A DNA stretch of 63,646 nt, counting the filler, from Piptocephalis cylindrospora (lineage: Eukaryota), in assembly GCA_003614145.1 (NCBI GenBank). It is 29 parts of 29 records of this genome, joined end to end, with 100 filler letters (N's around TTAATTAATTAA, not from the genome) between each part and the next. Parts side by side here need not be neighbours in the genome. Positions count along the whole stretch, not along the records: positions 22,051 to 24,161 come from KZ989074.1; positions 24,262 to 26,371 come from KZ989075.1; positions 26,472 to 28,581 come from KZ989076.1; positions 28,682 to 30,791 come from KZ989077.1; positions 30,892 to 32,998 come from KZ989078.1; positions 33,099 to 35,203 come from KZ989079.1; positions 35,304 to 37,405 come from KZ989080.1; 22 more parts are not named here. The stretch is one strand, 5' to 3'. Under the pieces are notes generated by a model, which saw only the letters and a program-made list of their open reading frames with translations, did not search any database and was not told where the DNA came from. The position numbers and the translations under genes are program-made. Positions 23,534-36,545 of the stretch are shown here, piece after piece (positions within the stretch are counted from its first letter, which is position 1; each line of letters opens with the position of its first letter).

Positions 23534-24161
23534 TCATGGCGTCGTCATCATTTTCAGAGTGCGGTAAGAGAACTGGATACTCTTCTGGACATCTTTGTAC
23601 TTTTGAGAAAGGCTATCCTCGCTAGCATAGAAATCTCGAGTGCATCTTTGGAAGTTTTCGGACAACTTCTGAACCTTACCTTTGAGGCCATCGAGGTAAG
23701 GAGCGGCCGTGTAGTAGGTAAAGCATTCGTCGATCAAAAGATAGATATTATAAGCAACACGTGAAGGGGGGCGCTGCATGGAGGGAATTAAGGCGACGAT
23801 AATGGCTCGCTCCTGCTCAAAATGCTCCACTAAGGCATTGAGCTTATCTTCAGTGTAGCTAGAGCTCTTGGAGAAGGAATCGAATCGGCTTTCGAAGTAG
23901 GCGAGTACCCAAGTGAGACGTTCGTGAAACGCGTCATACTTCTGGGTAAATTCCTCAGTACGTCTGATGACGCCCAGCCCAATAAGGGCCCTGTCAAGAC
24001 GTTGAAAGACACGCAAACGATCCTCCTTTCCCACTGGATTCTGAGGACCCAGGAGTATGGAAGGGCTTGGAGATCTGGCTTCCTCAAGGGCCTTATTGTT
24101 CAAGGTGCCTATGTCACGGCCATTTAATCTTTTGGCTTTTCCAATGCAGTTTATGGCAAGA
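23534..24161 (-). CDS. Unknown, probably helical protein (5' partial, intronless)
   Basis: Frame is open from the contig edge for about 208 codons. No motif recognised. Confidence 0.6.
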
Positions 24162-24261
24162 NNNNNNNNNNNNNNNNNNNNNNNNNNNNNNNNNNNNNNN
24201 NNNNNTTAATTAATTAANNNNNNNNNNNNNNNNNNNNNNNNNNNNNNNNNNNNNNNNNNNN

Positions 24262-24481
24262 TTGCTAGTGCAATGCTACTAAGTGGACCATGTTGGGTTT
24301 GGATTGGTGGCATGGACTCGGACCACTCCTCTCCCTTATAGTGCCCGACAACGAGGGTTTCCTTAGGTAGCTCCTCGATGAAGCATCGAGGTTTCGTGCC
24401 GTGCAGATAAAAGTGCAACGAGGAAGTCAGGCCAGGGAGGGCGACCAGGCCCAGAAGGGCAGCAGTGCTAAACAGCTTCAT
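24262..24481 (-). CDS. p24/GOLD family protein (ERP1/TMED9-like), 5' part
   Basis: Signal peptide MKLFSTAALLGLVALPGLTSS followed by LHFYLHGTKPRCFIEELPKETLVVGHYK. Confidence 0.9.
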
Positions 24482-25155
24482 GCTTGGTAGAAGGGATAAG
24501 AGAATGAGGAGAGGGGAGGGGGAAGGGGAGGTAGATGCGGGATGGACACGACAAGGGGGTATAGGGAGAAGAAAAGATGGGTGGGAGAGAAGAAAGGAGG
24601 AGAGAGGGGGGAGAATGAGTGAGTGAGGGGAAGATGATGAGTGAGTGAGGGGAAGATGATGGGTGAGCGAGGGGAGGGGGCAAAGGCTCTTTTCCTGGGC
24701 GCGCATCCACCACACGATGAGGTTGGCGGAGACAGAGATGGGAAGTGGTGGTGGCCTAGTAGTCGGAGTGTCAAATCCCACAGGTGAGGCAGCCAGAGGA
24801 AGCTATACATTCCATTGGCAACACCTGATACTACTACAGCTATGCCTTGACTTGAAAACCCTTTTTATTTTACCTATTTTGACGAACAAAACAGCACACC
24901 AGGCGATGAAGGCAGCCAGATACTACAACTATGCCTGATAATACATGGGCGAAAAAGGATGAAAAACCGACCTTACTTTCGAATTATTTTACGGATGATC
25001 AGGGGGGAGAGCAGAGAGCAACCGTTCATCTCATAAACGGTGTCCCAGATCAACCACATCCACCCACCAATCCTTCCAGTGGAGCAAGGGCCAATGGATA
25101 ATTCATTCGATATACATATCATAGCTAAAACCCCGCTCGCATACGCATCCTCCAT

Positions 25156-26371
25156 CTAACAATTCCCTTCGTGGATCGCACTACCCTTTCCTCTGGACTC
25201 GACCTTGGAGGAGGATCTGGAAGGGCTGGATCGATCCACTCCCGAAGCTGATCGTACAGAACCTTGCCGACCCAACCCTGGACGGCAGGGTAAAAATGCC
25301 AAGATGCGCTGAATCGTCGGAAAATCCCTGATTCCTCGAAGGAGAAGCTGAGGAGGCAGTGGACGCAGACTCTTGGAAAGGACTACCATGGAAAGGATCA
25401 AAAGGGAAAGAAATAGGAAGGCTGCACTTAGCCTCTTTTCAAAAACCATCTAAAAGATCAAATAATAAATGATGGATGAGAAAAGTAAAGATACAAAAGG
25501 GGCACATAGATACATGGCAATGCATCCCGCAAAGAACTCACCTGACTAGCCAATACGCCCAGCATCTCCTCATAATCCTGGCATCGACGATCCAGCTCTT
25601 CCAGGCGATCTTGGAATCCGGCGGTCTTATCCATTACCTGGCCATGACTCTTCCTCTATCAATAACAAGGAATAAAAAAGTGTGAGTCAACAAGGATGAC
25701 ATAAAGCCTCTCTACACTATAACGTCCTACCAAGTTGGCAAACTGCTGTTCAATGTTGTCAAACAAGGCTCGCAGCGTCTCGTCATGTGCCTCTTGCTGA
25801 CGATGCTCCAAAGTGAACTGACTTTCCAGATAGGAAAGTCGCTTGGATAGGGTCTTGAAAATACTTTCCCGAGTGGTGGACGTACCTCCTCCTCCCCCTT
25901 CTTCTCGCTGAATCGACGATGATTTGGGCGGGCTATCGTAGGAAATCGGCTTCCCACCCCTACCTTCTTTTTTCATCTGATCTAGCCCGGTCTGATCATT
26001 TCGAGAATGTTCTTTCTTTGGCTGGTCCTTGCTAAACCGATCTTTCCTAGATGGATCATGGCCATCTGAAGGCCTGGAGGTCATAATCGATGTTAAGGGC
26101 ACCTGCCCACTTCCTCCTAAGCTCGTTTCTTCATCCATCTGCACCGGGGAGGAAACTACAGGATAGTCATCCCTGCCCTTGCCCTTTGAACCATCATATC
26201 CCCCTCTTTCTCCTCCATCACCTTCTCCATTCGCTTCCTCTTCCGAGCGTCCGTTCATCTCGGGGATGAAGGAGGGTACACTACTGTGCTCTTTTTTCGG
26301 ATCTTGCTTTCCCCCGCCCTTCTTCTTCTCCACCTCTTCACGTATATCATCGTTTTTTTCCTTTTCTATCC
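25156..26371 (-). CDS. SLP1: Mid-SUN protein SLP1/SUCO-like, 3' part, multi-exon
   Basis: RESIFKTLSKRLSYLESQFTL coiled-coil motif. The last exon has a TM helix (MVFEKRLSAAFLFLSLLILSMVVL). Confidence 0.7.
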
Positions 26372-27097
26372 NNNNNNNNNNNNNNNNNNNNNNNNNNNNN
26401 NNNNNNNNNNNNNNNTTAATTAATTAANNNNNNNNNNNNNNNNNNNNNNNNNNNNNNNNNNNNNNNNNNNNAGGAGCCTAAGGGCCGCACGCGCAAATCT
26501 GGAAAGAGCGCTTACGGTGTTTCCGCTCCACAACGCAATGTCAACAGTATTTGGGTGAAAATTGAATATTTTATGCCAGTTTCATCTTCCCAAACGGAGT
26601 GTGTGAGAGAGTGATGAGGGGGGGGGGACAGGTGAGAGAGAGAGAGTCAAGGTGGACGCTTCTTTCATTGAGAACAGGAATACCATGTCACTGCATCATC
26701 TCTTCCCATCTACGTTGAATAATGAAAGGTCTTCTAGATGGAGGAAGTTTGGTGGATCACTTTCCCTTCCTCCTATAGAATAATGAAGAAGAGAGTGGCC
26801 GCACCAACCACCGGCATGAAGAAAGATATGGGGATTAGAGGTCTTTTGAGGAACTTGACGATGAGAGCATGGCTTTACCCTAATCAAGATAAATGCTCCT
26901 ATCCATTTTCACGCCTAGACATGAGAAATTCCGATCCCTCTTTGGTGAGGATCGGATGGAAGGACAGCGAGGGCAAAGTCGGTGGCATTGGCCTTGAAAG
27001 AGGAATAACGACAAAGGTGGATATTTTATTGCTGGGCATCCTGATGAGTAGTGGGGTTTTTGGTTGAACGCAGGGTAAGGATTTTGATCACATTCAG

Positions 27098-28020
27098 ATG
27101 GATGAATTGAGTGAGAGTCCCCGAGTAGGGCGAATCTTGGCTGCGCCCTTTGAGAATGAGTTTTCCCAGAGGGGCCTCTTGATAGTTCAACAGACGATAG
27201 AGACCCCCATCGGCCCTTTCCATGATGAGGACCTAGTGTTTCGGGTCAAACCGATCAACGTTAAGAAATTGGGCGGCCCCAGAGGGAGTTTTGGGATATA
27301 TCGTGAACATGACCCGAGCCTTACACTAGAACAAGTAAGGTAAGATGTGTCCGCTTTTTTCATCGTTTAGTGTGACAACTGAATGCTTGGGGAGGCGCTT
27401 AATGACCATTTTCACGGGCTTTCCTTTTCGATAGGTCTTGTCATATCATAAACCATGAAAAATTCCTCGATTTGCCCAAGTCGTCTCAGGAGAAGAGAGA
27501 TGCATTAAATGATGATGGTATGTAATGTAGGATATCCCCTTTTCCAGACCTATTCATGACGCTGCTTACGCTATTGGTATTACAGGGTAGAGTGTAAATA
27601 TTCTGGATTTGTCCTTCCTTACAAGTGTTCTGATTCAGTGCGGTTTGATGGGTACAAACCCTTCTGTCGCTTCTCTGTCGCATGGCTATAATGATCATTA
27701 TGGCGATTCCTTTGAGCCATATTGTCTCTCAATCTGCCCCCCTCCGATCCAGGATGGTCCCACGGAAGTGGAGATAGGATGGTTGATGAGTGAAAGACAT
27801 TGCATCTTATGTTTCAATCAATTGTCTAGAAATATGGATCATGAGGCCTCCTCCGCTTAGAGATGTGGAGAAGGCAAAGGGGGCTCTTTGGACAACGTTG
27901 GCCCATCAAGGCGTCCATAGGATGGTCTATGGCGACGACAATCCGAGACCTTGTGGGTCTCTTCGTGGGAACATTCCCCGATTTGCAGCAATGAATCAGT
28001 ATACTATATTATCCCACAGA
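27098..28020 (+). pseudogene. Possible degraded multi-exon gene of unknown family
   Basis: Coding-like stretches are bounded by GTAAGG/TAG splice signals but interrupted by stops. No family recognised. Confidence 0.25.
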
Positions 28021-28681
28021 CACAGTAAAGGGACGGGCTCATGCCAGGAAGATCAAGCGCAATGTGGAAGGGTTGTGATCCTCTTCCCTGGGGTTTTAAA
28101 GTCTCATGAGCTTGGGAAGATCTGGACAAAGAAGTCTCCTTTGGGTATGGAGCATGAGAAAGCGGGACTGGCCATCTCTGTACGACTAGGATTGACCATC
28201 CTGGTGCAATTAGGGCTGTGGTATTTAGGACTGGCCATCTCGGTACATCTGAGACGGAAAAATAGGACTGCCCTTGTCCATATGACCTGGACCGGTCAAT
28301 GAAACTCCTCCTCCTCCTCCAGGTGACTGTTGGATGCGGTGTTGTCCTTGGTCCAATGACCATTGCTGAACCTGACGAGCGACAACGTTATGTGTGTGTG
28401 TGTGTGTGTGTATTCCTCTTATGTCCGGCTCACCGCTGTCATCATCATCATCCGCCCGTTCAGACCAGACAAGCCAGCCGCCTTCGTCCTGCTGGGCCAC
28501 TTTGACCCCTTTCCTCACAACGCTTCGGGGGGGGGAAGGGGGCTGGGAACCGCAGAATACTGTAGCTCCTCTTGACTCCTCNNNNNNNNNNNNNNNNNNN
28601 NNNNNNNNNNNNNNNNNNNNNNNNNTTAATTAATTAANNNNNNNNNNNNNNNNNNNNNNNNNNNNNNNNNNNNNNNNNNNN

Positions 28682-30791
28682 GAAGATGGGAAGGAGGAAG
28701 CGAGAATCTAGATCCCGACGGGAAAAGGTAATCTTGACCCCTTCGACTACCTCATGAGGTATTTCACCTATCCAACAAAAGACGGTGGAATATAAGAGAT
28801 GTGAGTAGTACATCCACATCAAAAGACTGCCCCACCCAATATATCCATCAATTTCTTACCCTCAGTAAGAAGAATAAGGAACCGAAGGACAAGAAGATCT
28901 GACCCCTTGGGGAAGTCTGTGATCAACCCTATAATCCTTTCATCCACTCCAGCTCCTTCTTCTCCCGAGCCCGAAGGAGGCCGAAGGAGACAAGGGACCA
29001 AAGGTCGGATCTCCGTACGCATCAGCCGCTTCACTTCCTCAGCGGCCCCTACATACAAGTCAAAGTATCTAAGGAGAGAGAAGAAGAGAGGAAGGGAAAG
29101 GGCGGTATGGATTAGTTAGAGATTTTCCTCATCCAGAGATATAGCCTAGGGATCAATGCGCTTACATCGGTAATAAATTCAAATCTTCTCGGGTCAGGGC
29201 AAGGAACAACCAGATTCTTCTACGCATCTCCGCTAGAGTCATGGTGTTGGCCGGGGCTGAATGATCATCTTTAGGTAGCTTATCATCCATTCCCTCCCCC
29301 TCTTCCTCTTCCGCTTTCTCCTTTTTGGTTTCCTCATTCGCTTCCTGATCCATCATTTCTACATCCTCTCCTTCCTTCTTCCCCTCCTCCTCTTCGTGCA
29401 CAGACAGGGTGGTTTGGGTCAATTCTGTGAGAGATTGAATAGCAAAGCTTCGAACCTCTTGTAGCAAGGAGGAGCAAGAGCCCCGCCCAATCCAGTTCCT
29501 CACTGTTCGCGTCAGGACAGACAGACAGGCCAAAGAGATGGTGTCCCCGTTCTGTAAGGTCTCGGCATGCTCCCCTTCCTCTTTCTCCTCACCTTCCCTT
29601 TTTCCTTCCAATGCACTCCCTCTTAACATTTCGGGATGAATAGTGATAGGGAGGAGGAGGGAGAGAAGGGCAGTCCGTAGGATATGATCAGCCCTAGAGG
29701 TTAGGAGGGTCTCGATGGAGTGAATCCCCAGTTTGGGGGATGAGGGTACTACCTGATTCTCGTTCATCCCCTCCTCCGACTCCTTCTCAGGGGCTGGGGA
29801 TTTAAGTCCAAGAAGGGTGGAAACGAAGACAAGGGCATGGGAGATATCTACTTCGGGGAGGTCCGTGAGGAGATTAACCCAAGCGCCGCATTCGGGCCCC
29901 CATTTTTCGTCCTCCTTCCCCTTCTCCTCTTCCTCCTTTGCGCCTTCTTTCTGCTCTGGGTTTAAGATTCGCTGTAAGACATTGACACCGTTCTCCTTGT
30001 CCTCTAATGTGCTTTTCTTCGGCGTATCCCTCAAACAGAGAGGAAGCAATCGCTCCAGAGACCGTACTTGCCAATGGGTGTAACCCTCTTTGCCATATTC
30101 GGCATACAACCAGGCAAGTAGCCCCTCCTTCCGGCCCCCTACATCTTCTAAAGCCCAGGAGATAAATTGATCCCGAATCTCCTCGTTGTCCTCTGGAAGA
30201 TAAGAGAGTAGCCGGCCCATCAACGCGCACCAATCCGGAGATGAAGGGGAACCGGCCTCGAGGAGACGTAAAAAGGTAGCTGAAGTCAACATCCCCATGG
30301 GCATGGTGGACTCCCCCTCTTCCTCCCCCATTGCGCTCTCCCCCTCTTCCCTTGCCTTCTCCTCCTTCTCCTCCTTCATGGTGGACAGGGTAGAAAGAAG
30401 AGAATCCGCTCCGGTAACCGTTCCCTCCCCTTCCCTAAGGGGCATGGAATCTTGGACAATTGAAGTCATCTGGGTGTCCACGGTATCCAGACTACCCTGA
30501 ACATGAACATCCTCCGTGGGAGTTAACGTAGTGGGAGCCGAGGAATCCGGGGTAAAATCATGTCGTATGGGCACGTCGGCAAACCTACGATCCTGCTGCC
30601 GGGGGTCCCTTGGCCCCCATCGAACACCCAGAGCGGAAATTGGAGAGGTATCTACACCTTCCTGAGCATATCTACGGAGATCAGGATGGGAGATACGCAG
30701 GAGGGAGGCTAGTACCAGTTCCACCGTTACCTCCAGAGGAATATGCTGAGCCATCAGATCAGCTGGGATGGGATTAGGAACGGGTGGAGTA
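28682..30791 (-). CDS. PTA1: Symplekin/PTA1 3'-end processing scaffold, internal part, multi-exon
   Basis: IPLEVTVELVLASL, EGLLAWLYAEY, IWLFLALTREDLNLL, IIGLITDFPKGSDLLVLRFLILLTE and RDLDSRFLLPIF. Confidence 0.85.
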
Positions 30792-30892
30792 NNNNNNNNN
30801 NNNNNNNNNNNNNNNNNNNNNNNNNNNNNNNNNNNTTAATTAATTAANNNNNNNNNNNNNNNNNNNNNNNNNNNNNNNNNNNNNNNNNNNNC

Positions 30893-32155
30893 GAGGATAA
30901 TGGAAATTACCCCCCATACAGGCGACTTCAGGCCTCTCTCATCATCGTCATTGTCGTCACTGGGATCGCCGAACTCGCCTTTCTCTGGCTCTCCTGGAAG
31001 CTCTTCCAGGAATTCGGCTGGAGAATCTACAAAAAGATCGGTGCCGACGTCCGCAAGAAGCGCATGTACCGTGCCTACCACATCCTCCTCATGCTCCTGA
31101 AACTCGATGTCTTCTTTTTCATCGGATTCGCCGTCCAGTTCATAATGCTCGTCCTCAAGTTCGACGACGCCGAATTTTCCCTCACCATCGTCGCCCTCCC
31201 CGTCATCATCCTCATTCTCCTGGCCGCCGTCTATGCCGTACGTCGTGAGCAGGTCCACATGATGTTTGCCTTCATGATCGGCCTTCTCTGCGCCATTTCC
31301 TACTTTCTCTTCAAGACCATCCGTATCTGGACCGATCCCCAAAGGAAGAAAAAGTACGATAATGTCAAGTACTATCTCACCGTCTTCTCCTTCATCTCCC
31401 TCCTCATGAGTCTCGTCACCCTCGTTCAAGCCATCCTTTGCTACCTTAACTTTGGCAAAGGTCTCAAACCCTACCTGCTCCGGGAGGGCGCTGGCCTCGA
31501 GAGACCAGATGGCCGGGAAGGTCGTATCATGGTCCTGGAGACCGAGGATGAGGCCGCCCAGGTCACCCGCATGGGTCAAGTCTCTGCTCTGGGCGGCCCC
31601 CCCCATCCCATGTCTCTTCCCGGTATCGACGACAAGGATAGCCCCCCACTGGGCCCCACCGGTCTTACCCGTGGAGGCTCCGTCTACATGGCCAACCCCG
31701 CCTTCCTTTCCTCCCCTGTCGATCCTCGCCACGATGATGACGTCGGCTCAGAGACCGAATCCGTCGATAAGGATTGGTACTTGATGGATAGTAAATTAAA
31801 TCATGCTCCCGAGCTCAAGGATGGCCGGGTCCATGTAGAGGATGATGATGGAGGCATTGGAAGGTATGACCGAATGGGTCATGGTCGTGATTCCTATGGA
31901 CATAGCCATGATGCTTACGACCGTAGCCATCACTCTTACAGCCACAGTCATGCCTCTCAGAGTCACGCCTCCCATGGCCATAGCCACGATTCCTACGGTT
32001 ACAGCCATGACTCCTATGACCTCAACCAAGATCCCTATCATCCCACCCGCCAGTACGACCATGCACCCTCAGACTCGGCAAGAAGACGAGAGGACCAAGG
32101 CGATCCTCAAAACTCCACTCCACCCCATCCCCACTCCTCGAGTCGACGATGGTAA
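30893..32155 (+). CDS. UPF0658-like fungal multi-pass membrane protein with a His/Ser/Tyr repeat tail (5' partial)
   Basis: KLFQEFGWRIYKKIGAD...LLKLDVFFFIGFAVQF...AVRRE...CYLNFGKGLKPYL. Confidence 0.85.
   Translation, partial: EDNGNYPPYRRLQASLIIVIVVTGIAELAFLWLSWKLFQEFGWRIYKKIGADVRKKRMYRAYHILLMLLKLDVFFFIGFAVQFIMLVLKFDDAEFSLTIVALPVIILILLAAVYAVRREQVHMMFAFMIGLLCAISYFLFKTIRIWTDPQRKKKYDNVKYYLTVFSFISLLMSLVTLVQAILCYLNFGKGLKPYLLREGAGLERPDGREGRIMVLETEDEAAQVTRMGQVSALGGPPHPMSLPGIDDKDSPPLGPTGLTRGGSVYMANPAFLSSPVDPRHDDDVGSETESVDKDWYLMDSKLNHAPELKDGRVHVEDDDGGIGRYDRMGHGRDSYGHSHDAYDRSHHSYSHSHASQSHASHGHSHDSYGYSHDSYDLNQDPYHPTRQYDHAPSDSARRREDQGDPQNSTPPHPHSSSRRW
31877..32038 (+). repeat. Degenerate 21-nt coding tandem repeat (GHSHDSY-type heptads)
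   Basis: GHGRDSY GHSHDAY DRSHHSY SHSHASQ SHASH GHSHDSY GYSHDSY DLNQDPY. Confidence 0.85.
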
Positions 32156-34128
32156 TTCCATTCCCCTCCCTTGAGTATCATCCAAGACACAAGGGAGACG
32201 ATCTGTGTGAAAGAGAGAGAGAGAGCTTTTGTGTGTGTGTGTGTGTGTGTGTGTGCGCTTAGGATGGAAGGGTGTCTTGAATGTCCTCTCATTCACGTTC
32301 TATTACCATGTCTCCACCCCCTGCTTTACCAATACATCATTTCGTTATGTCCTTACAAATGCCTCATTGGGATCGAATGTCGAACCCCTCCCCACCCCTT
32401 TCCTAAGAAAATGACAAGCATATACTGAGTGATCATCCCTCCCCCCCCCCCCCCCCCCCCCCCCCCCCGGCGGCACATCACCCCTCCACAACGATACTCT
32501 GCAGCACAGCACAAAGACCGCCACCAGCACCACGTGACAAAAGTACAGGAATGACCTGCAGACCAGCATGATAAACATGTCGAACATCATTGTCCCAGTC
32601 GGAGATATGAACGTCAATCTGCCTGTGGATCTCCGGCCAGGACTTGACTGGCTCACCACCATGCACAACGGGATATGAACGGGGGGAGGTCGCTTCGCTT
32701 ACAGTGCCGTTTCCTGACACTTGCGCTACAAGGTCCTCTGCATCATCAGAACGGCAGGATACTGTTTCGAGTCTACCAGTCCCTCTCTTCCTTTCCTCCT
32801 TTCTTCCTTCCCTCCTTCTCTCTCCCCTTCCTTCCTTCCCTCCCCATCCACTCATCCTTCCCAACCCTACATCCAAGTCACCATGAAACGTCTCTTCCAA
32901 AAACTCACTGGGACCCTCCCCGCCAACCCGCCCACCCCCACCAAGGAGGAGGGGGAGGGAAAGAGCGACGACCCTCAAAACGACACCACCTCCTCCCCNN
33001 NNNNNNNNNNNNNNNNNNNNNNNNNNNNNNNNNNNNNNNNNNTTAATTAATTAANNNNNNNNNNNNNNNNNNNNNNNNNNNNNNNNNNNNNNNNNNNNAA
33101 GATGCCAGGCATCACTTTCTCTCTGGAGATGATCCGGACGAAGCGGGCGAGGGGAGGGGGAAAGAGAAGAGAAAAGAAAAGAAAGAAGCGTCAAGTACGG
33201 GGGGAGAAACGGTCAAGAAGGATGAGTTCCAAGAGGGTGGGGTGGAGTGGAGTGAGGACACGCGACAGGAAAGAGGGACACAGAAGGAAAGGATGGGAAA
33301 GATGAAGAAGAAGAGGAATCGAGAATACTCTTCCTCATGCCCTACTTACGAAAGCCAAGCCTCTTTAGACTTCAAATTCAGCATTGAAGGACTGGTGTAT
33401 AGCGGAATCGGAGTTGTCCCGTCTATTGGAATTTGTCCTAAGAGGAGACGGCCAAGCCATTTTTCGCTGAAATTTTCCTCTAAACTCCACCAACTCCGCT
33501 ATCATATGTTCATACTCCGACTTGTTTCTTTCACCCTTTGTGCTGGCATGGTCCCTCAACCATTTATTACTTTTCCCCTCCGTTCTGATACCTTCCCACT
33601 CCGGTATCCCATTCAAGCTCCGGTACAAGATGCAGCTCTACCAAAATCCAGCGTAATTGACCTCTCTCCTTGCAAACTCCGAAGATTCCTTGATCCCTCA
33701 TCTTCTCCCATACTGTCCTACCTGAGCCATCTTTGAGCCCGCTTACCAGGACACATGGAGTCCTATCGCCCCATTTTTTGGACCATTTATCCGTAAGGTT
33801 TATGTGAGAGAAGCTGTGTTTCTGCCATATCTGGTCCACTTTAACAAGCGTACAATGGCCTGAAGTTGATAGGAACAAAAGTATTCTGAGTGCTGACATG
33901 CACTTCCGCTTCCTCTCATAACAACAAACTCCTTTAGCGTTTTTCCTCAACGCTCCCTCTTTCATTCTCACTGCTTTCTCGTTTTCTAGTATAACTTTCC
34001 ACATCCTAGTCATTCTCTCACGCCCTCACGTCTGGAAGCGTTATATCTTCACTCTTCCTTTTCCCTTAGCCCATTGTCCTCACGATTCAAATATCCAACA
34101 CGCACCTCACACCCCACACTCAACGAGC

Positions 34129-35203
34129 ATGCTCAAGCCGTGCAAATCCCCCCGTTTTCTTCTTCCCTTCATCGGTCTCTTCTTTATACTTCCTTGGTCC
34201 AACAGGGCGTTTGATATTGGTGATACACTTCCCAATGGTAAATTCCATCTCATCCTCCCCTCTCTCTCTTCTCATCTTCTCTCCTTTCCCCCACTCACAT
34301 CCTCTCCCACGGGATAGAGAAAAGTTTTGAACGAGATAAGCACCAGCGTATTAGTACTGGAGTTAACCTAATGCTTCATTTTCTCGGCACCACCCGCCAG
34401 GCCAGGGAGGAAACCTATGGCCTAGCTGATAGCATTCCCATCCTCCAAGATTCTCGATATCCTCGCCTAACTGAGCTTCTCAGTAGCACACAGGCTGCTC
34501 TGGCCCTTTCCCGGACCCAAGGGAAAAAGGAATCCATCACATCGGGCCAATCGGGACCCCTAAATCTGGGATACGTTCCGGACGATGCGCATTCTAACCA
34601 GAAAATATCGGTTAACTTTTGCAAAGACATTCCAAGGAAATACTTAAAGGTGGTTCCCAAGCTGAAGGATTTTTACACCAAGGACAAGGCCCTACTGCAG
34701 CTCGTGTGCACCCAGGTCGTTCTCATGACTGGTCAGGCCGGAAATGATAATGTCGTCTCCGTCATGTATGGCACTATTTATGCTCAATTCGCAAATTTCC
34801 TCGCTCACGTAGCCTATTCGGCCGAGGAGTTTATCTTTCGGAAGAAGACGGAAAACTTTTTTATAGAGCTCTGGGGACCCCACCGTAGCATCACCAAGGC
34901 CGAAATGGGTACCCTTCCCCTTCCGCTGCAGGACTATATCATGAAAATTACCCGTAACCCCCCAAATTGGGAGGCTGCGGGGGTCCTTCCCATCCCTCAA
35001 GGACCTCGGGGGTTCGTGGGAAAATCGGTGTACCGGTCGATCATGAGACGGGTACGACGAAAGCTACTAGCCAATCGACAAATGGTCCTTTCTTTCTTCA
35101 GAATGTTTCGGTCCAACTTTCTTGCATCTGCCTTCCGCACCTTAAAAAACACGGCTACTCTTCAAGTGCATGACAACTTACAGATTATTCGCGTGATTCT
35201 GAT
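34129..35203 (+). CDS. Orphan protein with predicted signal peptide, one intron (about 34238-34317), 3' partial
   Basis: Exon 1 MLKPCKSPRFLLPFIGLFFILPWSNRAFDIGDTLPN splices G/gtaaat...tag/AG in frame into the long ORF (EKSFERDKHQRISTGVNLMLHF...). Confidence 0.75.
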
Positions 35204-36545
35204 NNNNNNNNNNNNNNNNNNNNNNNNNNNNNNNNNNNNNNNNNNNNTTAATTAATTAANNNNNNNNNNNNNNNNNNNNNNNNNNNNNNNNNNNNNNNNN
35301 NNNCGCTGAGGAAAAAGAGACGCTCCTTTAAATGGTAAGTCAGGAAGACAAAGGATAGTCTGGAAGGTGATGGTGATGAGTATCCAGCTGATCTGGGCTG
35401 GTGAAGCGAATGACTAGAAAAAACATATGTGTCCTAGTAAGTATGGGCGTCAATGATGGACCCTTCCATTCAACCCACTTTGTATGGGCGGAAGGGGTTA
35501 TTTGTTGATGAAGTGGGCTCTAGAGCATAAACAGATACTTGTGCTTACTGTTGATTATGAGAAAGGAAGTCTTGGGTGTTATGAACCATTCAGAACCTTT
35601 ACACATTTTTCCCTAGCTAAGAATTAGGCTAAATGATTTATTCTCAGGCTCAAGGAAAAGGATATTGTGTATAACACCAGCCAAGAAAGAAAACATCTAC
35701 GTCCATCAGCAAGCACCAATCAATCAAGCACTGGAGGACAATTGCCATGGCGCGGTGAGAGCAGCCACGACAATGTGGGAGTACATTCATGCTCCCTCCT
35801 CCACATGACTCCCCACCACAAGCAGAGCAGTTCGTACTGTTGACTTCGAAAGGGACGAAGGGGGTATCAAGATGAGGAACAATGGGTGATGATGTGGCAG
35901 AGGGCAATGAGGGCCTGAACAACGCTCAAGCAAAAATGAGCAGTGATGCATCGGGGAAGTCGATGGTCCAAGGCCGATGCAGATATACCCATTTCTGGGG
36001 GGGTGAATGGACAGGGATACTTGGTAGAGAGATGGCAGCATGCTGTAGCGAAATTGTCCTCTCATACCATAGTTTATACCTTACCCCGCCCGCCTAGGCA
36101 GGTAGGCTGAATGACTGGGGGTATCTGTCATGCATAGATTGAGCGGGGCCAGGCGTCACTACAACGAAGGCTCTCCTGATCAGTCGCTCCCTCACACATA
36201 CCCTCTGGTCGACATGGATATACGATGAAAGGTGGTGGAGGCTGGAGGGAAGGATGATAATCAGAGGCTACGATGGCCTCTGTACCATAAATCCATGTCC
36301 TATTTGACATAAGGCAGCCTTACTGCTATAAAGGGTTCGGGATCTCTTGAATCCCCACCTGCCCTCATTTCTCCACCCTCCATCCTCGTCCTAATCACTC
36401 GTTTCTATTGCATTCATCTTACCACCCCTTCCCGCCATTCCTAAATTACATACACCTATTTCACTCTTGTTGAATTGGTCTCCTTATATTCAATTTTTTC
36501 GGTACGCCACACCACACCACATCTCGTCCTGATCTCTTGCCAAGA

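Noticed and set aside
28299..28581. Signal-peptide-like start MKLLLLLQVTVGCGVVLG
   Set aside because: Short, interrupted by a TG tract and cut by the contig end, so support is insufficient.
30836..31732. Long antisense ORFs (also 48845-49603, 58390-59277, 626-1132)
   Set aside because: They are shadows of codon-biased genes on the opposite strand.
33365..34013. Minus-strand ORFs divergent from the secreted orphan
   Set aside because: The frames are broken and no motif is recognisable.
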